Of a stretch of DNA of 64,000 nt, positions 1 to 17,588 are shown one piece after another (within the stretch, counting starts at the first letter, position 1; the number at the start of each line of letters is the position of its first letter). The DNA is from Lobosporangium transversale (lineage: Eukaryota). The translations under genes were made by a program, and so were the position numbers. A model generated the notes under the pieces. That model ran no database searches. It saw only the letters and a list, made by a program, of their open reading frames with translations, and was not told where the DNA came from. The DNA is taken from the NCBI RefSeq assembly GCF_002105155.1, contig NW_019028979.1, positions 682,001-746,000 of the forward strand. The letters run 5' to 3'.

Positions 1-1361
1 CATCGATAAACCCCTGGCACATGAACACGCTTGATATACTTAAGCTTACAAAGAAGCTCAATTTGCCTATTAAACCATCTGTTCTGGACGATGTTCATTT
101 CTGTCAAATCCTATCACCGTTTTTTTTTTTTTTAGCGAGGGTAAGAAAAGAGTGCATCTAGACGCGTATCATAAAGGGGCTCTATCCCTGTGCAAGGAAA
201 TTCATCATATATATCAGGGCTTATCCACATACCAAGGCTTTGGCGAGATCATCAATTGACATTGCCTGATTTTTGGCTCGCCCAAGGATATCAGTTAGCT
301 TCTGTTTGATGAGTCCACTGTAGTAGCTGACTTTTTTCGTCTCTGTTTTGAGAAGCCCTTCAAAACGTTGTCCTCTATCGCCTGTAATTAAGTGGCGACC
401 TGCACTTGCAAAATCAGACTCAGAGTTCATAGCCTTATAGCCCGGGTTCATATCCGCAAACTTTACGTGGAGGCACAATAGAGTATATTGGCCGTCGGTT
501 GTAACAGGGATCTTTACTATCAGTTTCATCTCAATAAGGACCTTTAGGAAATGAAACATGCTTCTAGGATCAACCTTGAGCAGTTTAGCGAGTTGTGCCT
601 GCGTGGCACCGACATCACGAGCGGCTGCGATCGATTGCAAAACTTGGAATGCTTGGTTTGATATCTGAAAAGCAGCGCCCGAGTAACCTAAAAGTGCAGC
701 TCGCTGCTGTTCTGCACTCGCTACAATCCGAATCGTCCCCGCGTATTTCTCTGTTACATTTGTGTAAGAGATCTCTGCAGGATCCAACGGAATCAATTCG
801 TTGAACGGTATAAATGATGCCTTAGACTATCAAAAAATGGACAAAAGGCTGTGGAAATTAGCACAGGCAGCATCAAAAGAAAGATAAAAGAAAGATTGCT
901 ACCATCATATTTTATTACATCGTCGGAGCGTTCCTTTGAGCTCGACCTGGAACCGGCGCTGTTGTCGACGCTGTGATTATAAAAGGAAACGCCATCCTCT
1001 TGTACAAAGTTACTCCAGAAGAAGAGCCGAAACTTTTCGTCCGCTCGCTTCAAGCGATTATCTGTAAAGCTCTGGGGCGCTCCTGTAAAGGATGGGGCTG
1101 ACGTAGGATCATCATCCTTTAGTAAAAATTGGTCGACTAAAAACCAAAAACGGCTCCAGCTACAACCTATTTGAAACAATTAGCGAAGCTACTCAGTGGT
1201 TACTTGATATTCAACCAAAAAAAAAAAAAAAAAAGCTTCCATCGCTCTCCTATGAATAGTTGAAAGAGAGACCACGGACGGGACGATAAGAAAAAAAAAA
1301 ACTTTCCTGATTCACCATCAAGTGCGACTTCCGTCTGCACATGAAGTACCAGGTCGTCCAT
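1..1361 (-). CDS. TFC3: RNA polymerase III transcription factor TFIIIC B-block-binding subunit (Tfc3/Sfc3/GTF3C1-like); 5' part, runs off the window
   Basis: ATG at 1361 gives MDDLVLHVQTEVALDG(ES)GCSWSRFW, resembling the conserved N-terminus of this family. Winged-helix segment GATQAQLAKLLKVDPRSMFHFLKVLIEMKLIVK lies in ORF 221-796. Introns at about 1167-1306 (or 1315), 827-917 and 111-231. Confidence 0.75.
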
Positions 1362-1510
1362 TATGTGCTCTTGAACATGAAGATTGGAAGCTGAACATGA
1401 AGTGGCGTTACCACAAATGGTGGGATGATCCAACAAACAAAGCCACTGTTTAAGGTAGATCATTTTCGTTCATAAAATAAAGCAATTCAATTCTTGACCT
1501 TTGTACTATA
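1362..1510. promoter_or_regulatory. Very short divergent (bidirectional) promoter region
   Basis: Only 149 bp separate the ATG of the TFIIIC subunit (1361, -) and the ATG of the GTPase (1511, +). Confidence 0.5.
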
Positions 1511-3056
1511 ATGAAGGACGTGGTCATTGCGTGTGTAGGGAAACCATCGGCAGGAAAGTCTTCCTTCCTGAACGCAGGTTAGCATAGTATACCTCTTCAT
1601 TTTTATTTTATTTATTTTTTTTATTAGCGTTATTGTTGCTGTCGTTGTTGTAAAAATCACAGCGGAATCCTGGTCAAGTATCAATGTCTAGACTACGTGT
1701 ATTCTCCTACAATAGTGACGGATGCGACTGCCAAAGTCGGCAATTACCCATTCACAACGATTACGCCCAACAACGGCGTTGGTATGTAGATATAGCTATA
1801 TTAAAGACATTCATACAGAAAGCTCTTGGTAGTTTCATTTTACGAACAAGTTTATCTCTATCTTTGTTCACCATAGCTTACTTCCCGATTGAGTGCCCAT
1901 GCAAGAGGTTTAATAAATCACACTTATGCTCTCCCCGATATGGTATTCTACTGAATTAATAGAGAATTGAATGTCCTACAGATGTACTATTCTCTTTGCC
2001 AACCATCAATCTTAACCATACTATACCCTCTTTTACTTAATCTTCATTTAAGGCCGTTGCATTGACGGGAAGCGATATGTGCCTATTCAGATCATGGATG
2101 TTGCTGGACTTGTCCCTGGAGCATCAGAAGGTCAAGGACTTGGCAATCAGTTTTTGGATGACCTCCGACATGCTAATGCCTTGATCCACGTGGTTGATGC
2201 CAGTGGTACCACAGATGCCAATGGGAAAGAGACAGTCGGATATGATCCAATTGGTGACATTGAATGGCTCCGGAGCGAAATTCATTCTTGGATTTTCGGG
2301 AATCTTGATAAGAGATGGAGTCAGATCGTTCGAAGACATGTAGCCGTCAGTATGTTCAACCATATATACATCACTACTGAAGCGGAAGGAAAAGCGAGAG
2401 GCACATTATTTTTTCGCTATATTAGCCATTAACAGAGATGTATGATCGTTTGTTTTCTTCTTGCATATGCATTTAGAGGCTTCGACAGCAGAAACCTTAC
2501 ATAACCAACTTTCCGGATATGGAGCAACACTGAAACTAGTGCAGCGGACCCTTGACAGGAGCGGTGTCAAAGAAGCCATGGATACCTGGGACAAGGAAAC
2601 AATCAAAAAAGTCGTTGATGCTTTCTTGGAGGAGCGTTTCCCCACAGTCTTTGTGAGTTCTTTTGGTCAGCGCTTAGTCGTAGCAATGCTCTTCATTAAA
2701 CAACTTAAGGTCATTATATCATCACCAATGGTAGAGGATACTTACTCAAAATCACAATATATATTACATACTTCATTGCCAGGCTCTCAACAAGATCGAT
2801 CTACCGGACTCAGATAAGAATATATCTAAAATAATGAGAAAATATGATCAGGTAATTGCAATCCTTGATCTCATACTCCAAGTGTGGCTCATCCATATTT
2901 GCTGACACTTTGCTCTTTATTGTCGTTACTTCAGAATAAGGTTATTCTCACAAGCGCCTTAGCGGAGGTATTTCTTAGGAAACTTCATAAACAAAAGTTC
3001 ATCATATATGAGGAAGGCACAGACAACATTTCTACCAAAGCAGACCTTGTACGTTT

Positions 3057-3087
<31 letters not shown>

Positions 3088-3789
3088 TAAGATAGTCTTA
3101 CGAGCGCAATAACAATAAGCTTTTCTCTTTCCCTTCTCTTTTTTTTTTTTATTCCATGCTTTCGTTTCTTAGCCCGAGTCTGACCTAAAACCGCTAGATG
3201 AAAGGCTAGAAGCGTAAGCTGAATTGCGTATATTCTGACAGAGTGTATAAAGTGGATGTTACATAATTTCCTACTGTATAACAAAACTCTATTCCCTCCA
3301 TAGCCGCATTGAGAAGGTACAGGACTTAGTTTTATATCGGTATGGATCAACGGGCGTACAAGATGTCATTCTTAAGGCTGTCGAGATATTAGGTCTGATC
3401 CCTGCATTCCCTGTCAAGAGCTTGAGTACATTTGGCAATGCCAATGGCAAGGGTGTGTTCCGAGACTGCGTACTTTTATGGCCTGGAACAACAGTTCTCG
3501 AATTTGCCGAGATTGTACACCCAGAGATTGCTAAACACTACCTTGGCGCAGAGACAGTTGGAAATCGAATGGTAAGCTTGAGTAACATAAACTGAAAAAG
3601 ATTCCATGAAAAGAAAGTTCTATCAGAAAGCCTAAATTGGAATTAAAAAAAAAAAAAAAAAAAAAATAGATTGGCGAAGACGATGTAATCACGTTAGAAA
3701 ACAACATTATCTGCTTCAAGACATCACAATCAACACACGGCAATGCAGCAGGTGCAGGTGCAGGTTCAGGCCAGGCAAACAAGAAATAA
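1511..3789 (+). CDS. Obg-family P-loop GTPase (YGR210C-like), multi-exon
   Basis: [22 protein letters not shown] (G1), GNYPFTT (G2), [26 protein letters not shown] (G3), ALNKID (G4); C-terminal TGS-like region; stop TAA 3787-3789. Confidence 0.9.
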
Positions 3790-3889
3790 ATTATTCTTTT
3801 TAAAGTGCATGACAAAAAATTGAATTTATTGTTTAGTAAAGTTATGTATGAATAAGGCGTATTAGAGAAAAGGGGAAAAAGGTACATGT

Positions 3890-5004
3890 TCACTTGCGAT
3901 GGTCATTGTACTTGGCACACTGCTCACGAGTGGCCTTGGCGCTGGCTTCGACCATCGCAATCTCCTTTTCGTTCATCTCTGGGTAAACGATGCGCTCAAC
4001 GCCGTTGGTACCCAAAGAGACGGGGAAAGATAAGCAGGCATCAAAACGCTCGCAGTAGGTTGAGATGGGAATGACAGACAATTTGTTGAGAGTAATGCAG
4101 AGAGCAAGATCCGAGACTACGGCAGCGATACCAAAGGAAGTAGCGCCCTTAAGATCGATAATACTATAAGCTTTCCGTGCAACCTTTTTGGCTTCCTCAT
4201 CACAATCAATGCTCTTAATCTCTTCGTATGAGAGCAATGGCTTTCCTCCGACGGTAGCGGAAGACCAGACTGCAACCTGCTTATCGCCATGATCACCAAC
4301 AACATAGGCATGGACGGATGCACCAGAAACCTGGAGATGTTCTCTCATGGCAACACGGAAACGAACCGAGTCTAGGTAGGTACCGGTACCAATGACCTGA
4401 CTTGGAGGTAAGCCTGAGAACTTTTGGGCCATGCAAGTAAGGATATTGACCGGATTAGCAACAAGCATCAAAATAGCAGTAGATTTGATGGGCTGCAAGC
4501 CATCAAGGACATTCCTGAGAATATCTTCATTTCGCTGAACGAGTTCGTCACGCGTCTCGCCTGGACGCTGGCGCGCTCCCGCCGTAATGACGATGATATC
4601 AGCTTGACCACACTCCTTTGGTGTACCGACTCGAACCTTGGTTGAGGAAACAAAGGCGGCGTCCTGAAGATCGAGCACCTGGCCTTGGCAAACCTTCTCA
4701 TTGAAATCGTTGATCAATAATTCCGAGACAACAGAACGCATCAGACAAGCGAAAGCGATAGCGGATCCAACTGAACCGGCGCCAATGATTGCCATACGCG
4801 AACCTTCATTAAGAAAAATCCCAAAAGCAAAAAATAAATAAGTTAATACCGATACAGCCTTTATTTCATTTAAGCAAGCAAACAGCTGTAAGACTACGAT
4901 GAATAACAATGTCAGAAAATAAAATTTTTCAAAGCTCTGACGATGTTAATCAATATTTCTTATCGTGGCTAGTTACCATCGCGCTTAGATGCATTAAAAG
5001 ACAT
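3890..5004 (-). CDS. ldh: NAD-dependent L-lactate dehydrogenase
   Basis: Exon 1 MSFNASKRD(G) from ATG 5004, intron ~4804-4976. Then IIGAGSVG (Rossmann), TAGARQRPGETR (Gln specificity residue of LDH rather than the Arg of MDH), ANPVN, LDSVR, GDHGD, KGATSFG. Confidence 0.9.
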
Positions 5005-5932
5005 GATTTTAATTAAAATAGGAATAGAGAGAGGGATAAATGAAAAGGGCCAAGAGGTAAAGAAGTGGGAAGGTGAGCGTGAGAACAAGAGGTTGCAAGG
5101 AAAAGAAAGAAAGAAGGAAAGAAAAAGTGTGGCACAATAAAAAGCGATGATTTAACCTCTCAATAAAACCATGATGTGTCACTTGGTCAAGACGCGCACA
5201 GAATTTGACGATTAGGATTAAGACTGAATCAAGTTCAGCTCCCCCAAAATCTATTCCAGTCTCCTTCTGATGAATGAGACAGTTTGTGTGTGGGATGCAG
5301 TTACAGTGATGTCTAACAGACAAAATGTCCATTATTGAGAAGCGAACTTGTGAAACAAATTTCGCTAGCATGCCACAACAATCCGCCTTCGATTCTCTGT
5401 TACAGCTGTTACAGACAAAATATCTGGTAGAGATATCAGTTCAGAAAATAAATAAAAAAACATGCGCTGGCTCGCTTATTTGCTTATTCATCCATAAACA
5501 TGCTCTTTTTACTCCTTCTATGGCAGTGGAATACACACATCCTTTTTGTCTTTATTCTACTATTCTACACATCTTTCTCGTGCTTGACATTCTGCAATAC
5601 AAATATTATGTAATAATGTGCAATAAATTCCATAAGTCACACAAAGGAGTGTTTTTTTTCCTTCGAAGTGCATTCAAATGATGACAGATTTTAAGGTGGA
5701 AAATATTTTTTTTCTTGTGCCTGGGATCCCTGAACCAGGCATGCCGATCTAAGCAATCAAGATTCACATTATTCAATCAATTTATTATTACAAAGCGTGT
5801 AGATGTAGAATGTATACAGCAGAAAAGGCACGTTGGCAAAAGTGTGGGTATGGAAGCCAAAGGCGATGAAAGTGATTACATGTATGAATGTATGTGTTAT
5901 TACGTATGTATGTGTGAAAGACTATGGGCCCT

Positions 5933-11321
<5,389 letters not shown>

Positions 11322-12193
11322 GGTGGAGGGCCAACACACGATGGTAATGGCGATACGATCCTTCTATCCTGTTAGGCACTTGACAGCACTTCTGTCCTTC
11401 CTCCACTCGACAGTGTTCAACTTTCTGCAATGAGTATTTAGAAGGATAATGAGAGTATACGTGGTACAAGCAAGCAATTGAGACAGAAAGAAGTCTAAGA
11501 ATGAAATGAGCAGAAAGGAGAGAAGGGAGAGAAAGAGAGAGAGAAAGAGGAAAAAAAGAAAGAAAGAATGTGACGAGAACAGGAGAAAAAAAAAAAAAAA
11601 AAAAAAAAAGTAAAGGCAAATATGAAATAGGCTACAAGATTAGCATTAAAGCTTCCTCATTAGACACACAAAAAAAAGAATATGAGAATGAAAATAGAGG
11701 GAGAGAGAGAAAGAAAAGACCGATTGTAAGTGGACAAGCGTCGATGGGAATGTGCAGTTGGATCGTCTGAATTGCGACGGTGAGGAATGGATTGAATGAG
11801 CACTTGACTTCTTAGTAATGAGTGTAAACACACAATGACCGAATTCGCTATTATTGACGACAAATAACTTTGTAAAAAAAGGGGTTTGTGATATAAAAGT
11901 TCAGGGCCAGTCATGGCCAAGGTCAGGTTCGCAAGGCGTATGCGCATCAAGACGTGGTCTGTAATGAACCATGCATAGAAAAGAATGCGGATGCATGGCA
12001 AATTTATTGGCACGTAATAACAAGTCAGTCAATAGATACGCTCTGATAAACGCGTCATCCACATAATACCATCCCATATGTTCAGTTTCTCGCGTCTCCG
12101 CGCGTCATCTTCAATCAAGATTTAACTGAAGCTTGCTGAGCTAACAAGGCGCTGTGAACTATTTATTCTGCAATGTGATGCCAACACTGTTTC

Positions 12194-13872
12194 TCACTTC
12201 GTACCCAAATAGAGACTCGTTTCACTTCCATCGATTTCAAGCCAATCTTCAGATTGGAGCCAGTCTGAAGCAGAAACGGCTTCACACTGTCTGCGCTCCT
12301 CGTGGACGATACTACTAACCTCAATTTCCTCTTTTAAACCGTCAGATACTTCCAATGAAGCTGCGTCTTCAGGGTCTGATGAAAGATCAACTGGAGAGAA
12401 TGCTATTAATCGCGAATAACTGCAAGATTCTTCATCCCTTTTAACTACTGCTTGACTCTGCTCCGGCGATCCTCTTGGGTTTGAGTCTTGAGCCTTAGAT
12501 CTCTTCTGCCAATCTAGCCTCATTGCTGCTTCTTGATTAGGCGGCGGCCATTCCAGCGACAAGCTGTCAGCAAAAACAGGAGTTGCAGCTGCAATAATTG
12601 GTGACACTACCTCCTCATCGTGATCCGTGACTCCCTTCCATTCTTTATTCTCGCTATCTGATTTGTTCCCAGTAACCGTCTCAGTATCATGAGTCCTTTC
12701 CATCTCTTCCGACTCGTAATCACCATTTCCCTCATTCTCAAAGATCTTGATCTCTTCGCCAGCGACAGAAATGTTCATTTCTGAGGGAGCATTACTTGAA
12801 TCGTCCTGGTTATCCATCGAATCTGTGATCCATGGTCTAGAACCACGATTTTCGTCTTGCAGATGCGTGTTGATATCTCCCCTTCTATAACCGATCAAGG
12901 ATGGATAAGCTTTCTGACCCTTTGATTGAAGCAACTTCTTTGCTTCGATACTCTGCCTCATTTCACGAACAGCATTGCAAATGGCAATATGCCTCTCCTA
13001 TTTATTGGGGTGGAGGCAAAAGATAATGAGATGTGCAAGGGTTAAACATGCTCTGTCCCACTGGATCAAATGACATTTACCGGAATCTTCAGTGGCTCGT
13101 CCTCGTGCTCATCCTCATTCATGAAGTCTTTTACAGCCTGGTGTTCTTCACCTTTTTTGCTTCTCTTGCAATGGCGCTTTACAAACTGCAGCTCTTTCTT
13201 ATCTTGCTCTGTAGAATACTTGAGATAAGGCCGAAAATCATGCCGCTGTTGGACAACGCTGCTTCGTTCACCTTGTGTAGGGCTTCTGATTAGTGGCGTC
13301 GGGGGAGTGCGTAGGAGATATGGTTTGCCGACCCAGTCGAACGAAGACCCAAGCATCTCTTTGCATATCTGTCTCGCATTCTCATAATCCTCAGAACCGA
13401 ACACTTTCACTAGATAATATTTACATTGTGACACGTCTGATATATGAGTACTTATGACATTGAACTTCATCTCTTCCAACATTCAGCTCCAATATTTATA
13501 GTACTTTTAGATGATGAGTCAAAGTTGTGCATTTGATCCTGGAGCTTAAGAGCTGAAGGTCCAGAATCCTTGATCTCGAAAGAAAGGCGTAGTTGTGTCT
13601 GAGCTTCATAATTGCTTTCACGATCATAATCTAGACTTATATAACTTGTGTCTTGAGTCTGTCCGCATGGGCTCATGGCCTGCCTTGAACTCTGATTGAA
13701 GATCATCCGTCGCTGTCGATCAAAGTGTTCTCTCTGTTTCAGCTGTTCTTGACTCTTTTGAATCTTGTTCCTATGGATAATAGTGCGGATCATTCGTTTT
13801 TGAAATGTAAAGCACGTTCTGATCTACTTATTAATATATCTCTGCTCACCTTCGTCCGCCTGTCCAGTTCAT
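12194..13872 (-). CDS. Hypothetical protein with acidic disordered C-terminus; 5' exon structure uncertain
   Basis: Three consecutive minus-strand ORFs (13467-13793, 13066-13482, 12194-~13000) with plausible splice sites. The first two could not be joined cleanly and no family was recognised. Confidence 0.45.
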
Positions 13873-14014
13873 AATCGCTTCTTTAATGTAAAAAGCAAGG
13901 AGTCAGTCATTTAAAAAAAAAAAAAAAAAAAGTCAAAATGAAGAACTAAAGCATTAGACGCAAGAAAGTTAAAAAGTAACGGGGTACACATTTATTAAAT
14001 CTACGATTTTAAAT

Positions 14015-15613
14015 CTATTTGAAGACCTTTCCGTCCTGGATGGGCTTGCCATCGATAGAACCTTCCCAAGCGAATACTTGGTCGATCTTGTTCTTTTCTT
14101 CATCATCCACTTTAACTTTAATCCAAGTATAGGAGTCGTAGTCAGCAGCATCAGTTATCTCTTCAATCATCTCATCGGCGTTGCCACGCACAATAAAATA
14201 GCCTGTAATGATGTTGTTGTTGTCTTCGCCTGCGACAACCAGACTGCCAAAAGCGTACTTGCGTGCCCGCTCGAGACGATTCATCAGACCACCGGCAAGA
14301 TTGTTGGACATGTATAGTTTGGTGAGTTCATCGTTATATTTGTAATCAACTTTCCAAATTGAATAATCCGAAGTTAAATCAATATTCTCCCACAGCCATT
14401 TCATTGCAACAGGAGTATCGTTGTTGGAATACTGGCGCTTCCACTCGTCCAATGGCATCTTGGCAGGAGGCAATAGATCCAACTTGGATTTTGGTTTAGG
14501 AGCCTCCTGGAAGGATTCTTCCACTTCATCTTCCTTAGACTCTTTGACCTTGGGTTTCTTCTCTTCTTGGACAGTTTTGAGCTTTTCCTCTTTTTGGTTC
14601 TTTTCTTTGGCTTCCTTCTTAGGTGGAGTGAACTTCAAGGGGGTCTCACAGAGCTTGAACTCACCAGCCACGGCCTTGAAATGCGGCTGGTTCACGATGG
14701 TAGTGAACCAACGAGTAACAGCTGGATATGCTCTACGGAAGATGGGGTCAAATAAGCGCTGAAAGCCGAGGTAGAGGGAAGTAGCGTTGGCGATATCAGC
14801 AAGGGTGACACGCTCGCCTACTAAGTATGTCTTCTTAGTCAGATGACGTTCGAGGATTTGAAGCTGGGTCTTAATGCTTTCGACCGCCTGGTTTTCTATG
14901 ACTTTGTTATAAGGCACACGTTCAGGCATAATCAATGGCAGGATCCACTGACCAAGGGCATGGACGATTGAGCTATCGACAAACTGGATCCACTGCTGAA
15001 TATGAGCCTCTTCAATTTTGGAACGGCCAATCAACGGTGAGTCATCTTTGTAATGGGCCACTATTTGGTAGTAATCAACACAGGGAAAGCAGGTAAGCCA
15101 CTCATGTCTGTACATTGATGATGTCGTGGCGTCATTCGAATAGATCACGACATAATGATGAAATCGAGAAAATTTGTTCACATACAGTAGAAGGCAATAG
15201 CGCCGGACTCTAGAATAATGGTTCCATCAATGCCTTCAAACGCTGGGACCTGAGTAGTATGAAGAGGATGAGTAAACCATCATGCTGCTCTTTAAACGGC
15301 GTAGCTGTGGACGTGTCCGAAAATTAAATGATATAAGTGAATGAACTCACCTGGGACGTGCCAAATTTTGCAATCCATTCAGGCGTCCTATTAGTAGTAC
15401 CCATGGCGAACTTTTCATCAACTTTGACTTCGAGACCATTATATCTGGCTACGATCAAGGCTTTATACGCACGAGGGTTCTGGGGGTAGGTGTAAATAGT
15501 CTTTTTTTTTAACATTTTTATAAACATGCAGAAGTTAGTTTTATTCAAAGCTTCGTCGTGATTATTATCTAACAGAGCAAACTGATGATAAGACATACTC
15601 CGACAAAGGTCAT
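14015..15613 (-). CDS. EEF1G: Translation elongation factor eEF1B gamma
   Basis: Exons 15599-15613, 15351-15500, 15186-15250, 14015-15060. GST-like N-domain (QVPAFEG..ESGAIA, TYLVGERVTLADI), Lys/Glu-rich linker, EF1G C-domain (LDEWKRQYSN, YKYNDEL, RLERARKYAFG, FAWEG..GKVFK). Confidence 0.97.
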
Positions 15614-17588
15614 GTTGAGATTGTTAAACTGATTCGTAAGGAATGAGGTGTGTTCAAGTTTAAGGAAAAGAAGAAGCAAGGAAGGAACAAAGAGATAAGC
15701 TGGCAATCACGTTTTCTTTTTCTTTTTTTTTTGTCCCGCTTCCTACGCACGACCCCCTCTCTGTCCTACGAAAAGGGAAGACTAGGCTTCCATAACCACG
15801 TGAAGAACTGGGATCAGACGTTTTGTAGAAAAGAAAGTATGATCAACAAGTTTTGTTGAGAAAGGTAATGTGTTCCAGGAAGTCCAGATGATCGTACTGT
15901 CTATCAAGCTCATAGCTGCTCTCTTTTTTCTGATTTTCAGCAGATATACCCGGATTTGGCTTCAACCATCGTGCAGATTTCTTTTCTTGTCTATCAAGAC
16001 ATATCCCCAATCGTTAAGTTCAAACCTTTACGTATATACTGTATATAAACATATTATAGAGTTAGTCTTCACGAATCTCTTGTGATTTATACGGATCCAA
16101 CGGGTTCCCATCCTGGGCTCTCTTTCTCATTCCCTGGAGGATTGAGTTCAAGGACTATAAAGACAGCAACGATGTCTCCACATTATAAAAGTCGTGCCTG
16201 AATCTGTTTCAACTTTAATGCCATCTAAAAAATATATAATCATTTACAAAGGTATAGAGTCATCTTAGAGCTGTGACAGCAGTTTGTCTCCTAATTTGGA
16301 CACAATCGCATCTCCATCCACTCCTTTCTTTGTGTCTGATCCAAATCTTTAATGACCCTTGTGGTCCACAGCCACCGGACTAAAAGAAGACATGATAGCT
16401 ACCTGGCACGATAACGATTGGGGAAAGAGGAGGAAAGGAGGGGGGGAGCTTCATTCTTTTTTTCCTCATTTGTGTTCTCTTGCGATTTTGAGCGTATTAA
16501 TACAGGTCTATTACACTTGGACAAACATGTTCGTGTACATGCAAGAAAATACACATGAACAACAGAAAGAGAAAAACAAATGCAGGGGTCTGATGTCTGT
16601 TGCTGCCGTGTTGCGAGAAATAAATGAATCAATGCAAGTCTTCGGCAACAAGAGACAACTCCGACATGGAATTATATACACTTCAGTCTAATGAAAAAAA
16701 AAAAAAAAAAAAAAAATGGATAGGGTGTGCAAAGTGGTTTCTAAAATGTACATGTACATGTACATTTTTATTTTATAATCTATTTATTATTTATATTATT
16801 CTGATTGCCTTTGCGGAGATGCAACGTTCTGGTGCTACAGACATACAGACAACGTGGGTTGCCTTTCATCAAAATAAAACTAAAAAACTATATTAATACG
16901 AACTCCACTTATTCTTTTTCTTCTTTTTTTATCATCTCATACGCTTCCATCACACTGCTTCTTGCTGTCCTCTTCCATCCTCCAATCATTCTTTCCCTCT
17001 CACTTCCACCTCCAAACCCCCATCCACACTTTTCACCATCTCAAGGTCAACTGCCTCTCTCTCTTCTTCTTTCTTTGTCTCTCTTCTTCTTTCTCTCTTT
17101 TTTTTTGCTTATCCCCCTTCATTTCACTTCTCTCCTTTTCTCCTTACTCCCTTTCTCTTGCTCTCTTCCTCACTTCTACACGACACATTCACACTGCACA
17201 TCCTGCACTTCCGCATACACTAAACAATATATTCACCCATCCTCTTACTTGTCTCTCCTTGCTTCCTGTTGATCTTGCTGTTACTAATTCTCTCCTGCAC
17301 ACGACAAAACCCCTTGATAAAACGGCCTTTCTTCTATTCTTATTGTCATATTACAGTATCTCAATTGCCACACAACTCTCTCTTTATCTCTTTCTTTCCT
17401 TCCTTCACACTTTCTCTTTTCTCTTTCTTCCTCGTTTATCTCTCCATCCCCTCTTTCTATTATCTCCTCAACACATCCAGCCCCTCCCCATTCCGGCCTT
17501 AAACAGGCGCAAACTCAAAAATAAAATAGGCAAACGATTTCTGCTCTCGACACTTTCCTTCCCTTCTCCAAGAAAAAACTTTATTGAA

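Noticed and set aside
15113..15157. 8-bp hairpin ATGTCGTG/CACGACAT in eEF1B-gamma intron 3 as a SECIS or snoRNA
   Set aside because: Intronic, no SECIS core on the sense strand, no in-frame TGA gene nearby, no sense C/D boxes; could arise by chance.
15870..16420. Exon-like open stretches between eEF1B-gamma and the Sel1 gene
   Set aside because: Could not assemble a stop-free spliced model or recognise a product.
16962..17588. 209-aa hydrophobic N-terminal extension of the Sel1 ORF in the ORF track
   Set aside because: Starts at TTG and is translated CT-rich leader sequence (F/L/S-rich because stops are rare in pyrimidine tracts); first ATG is 17589.
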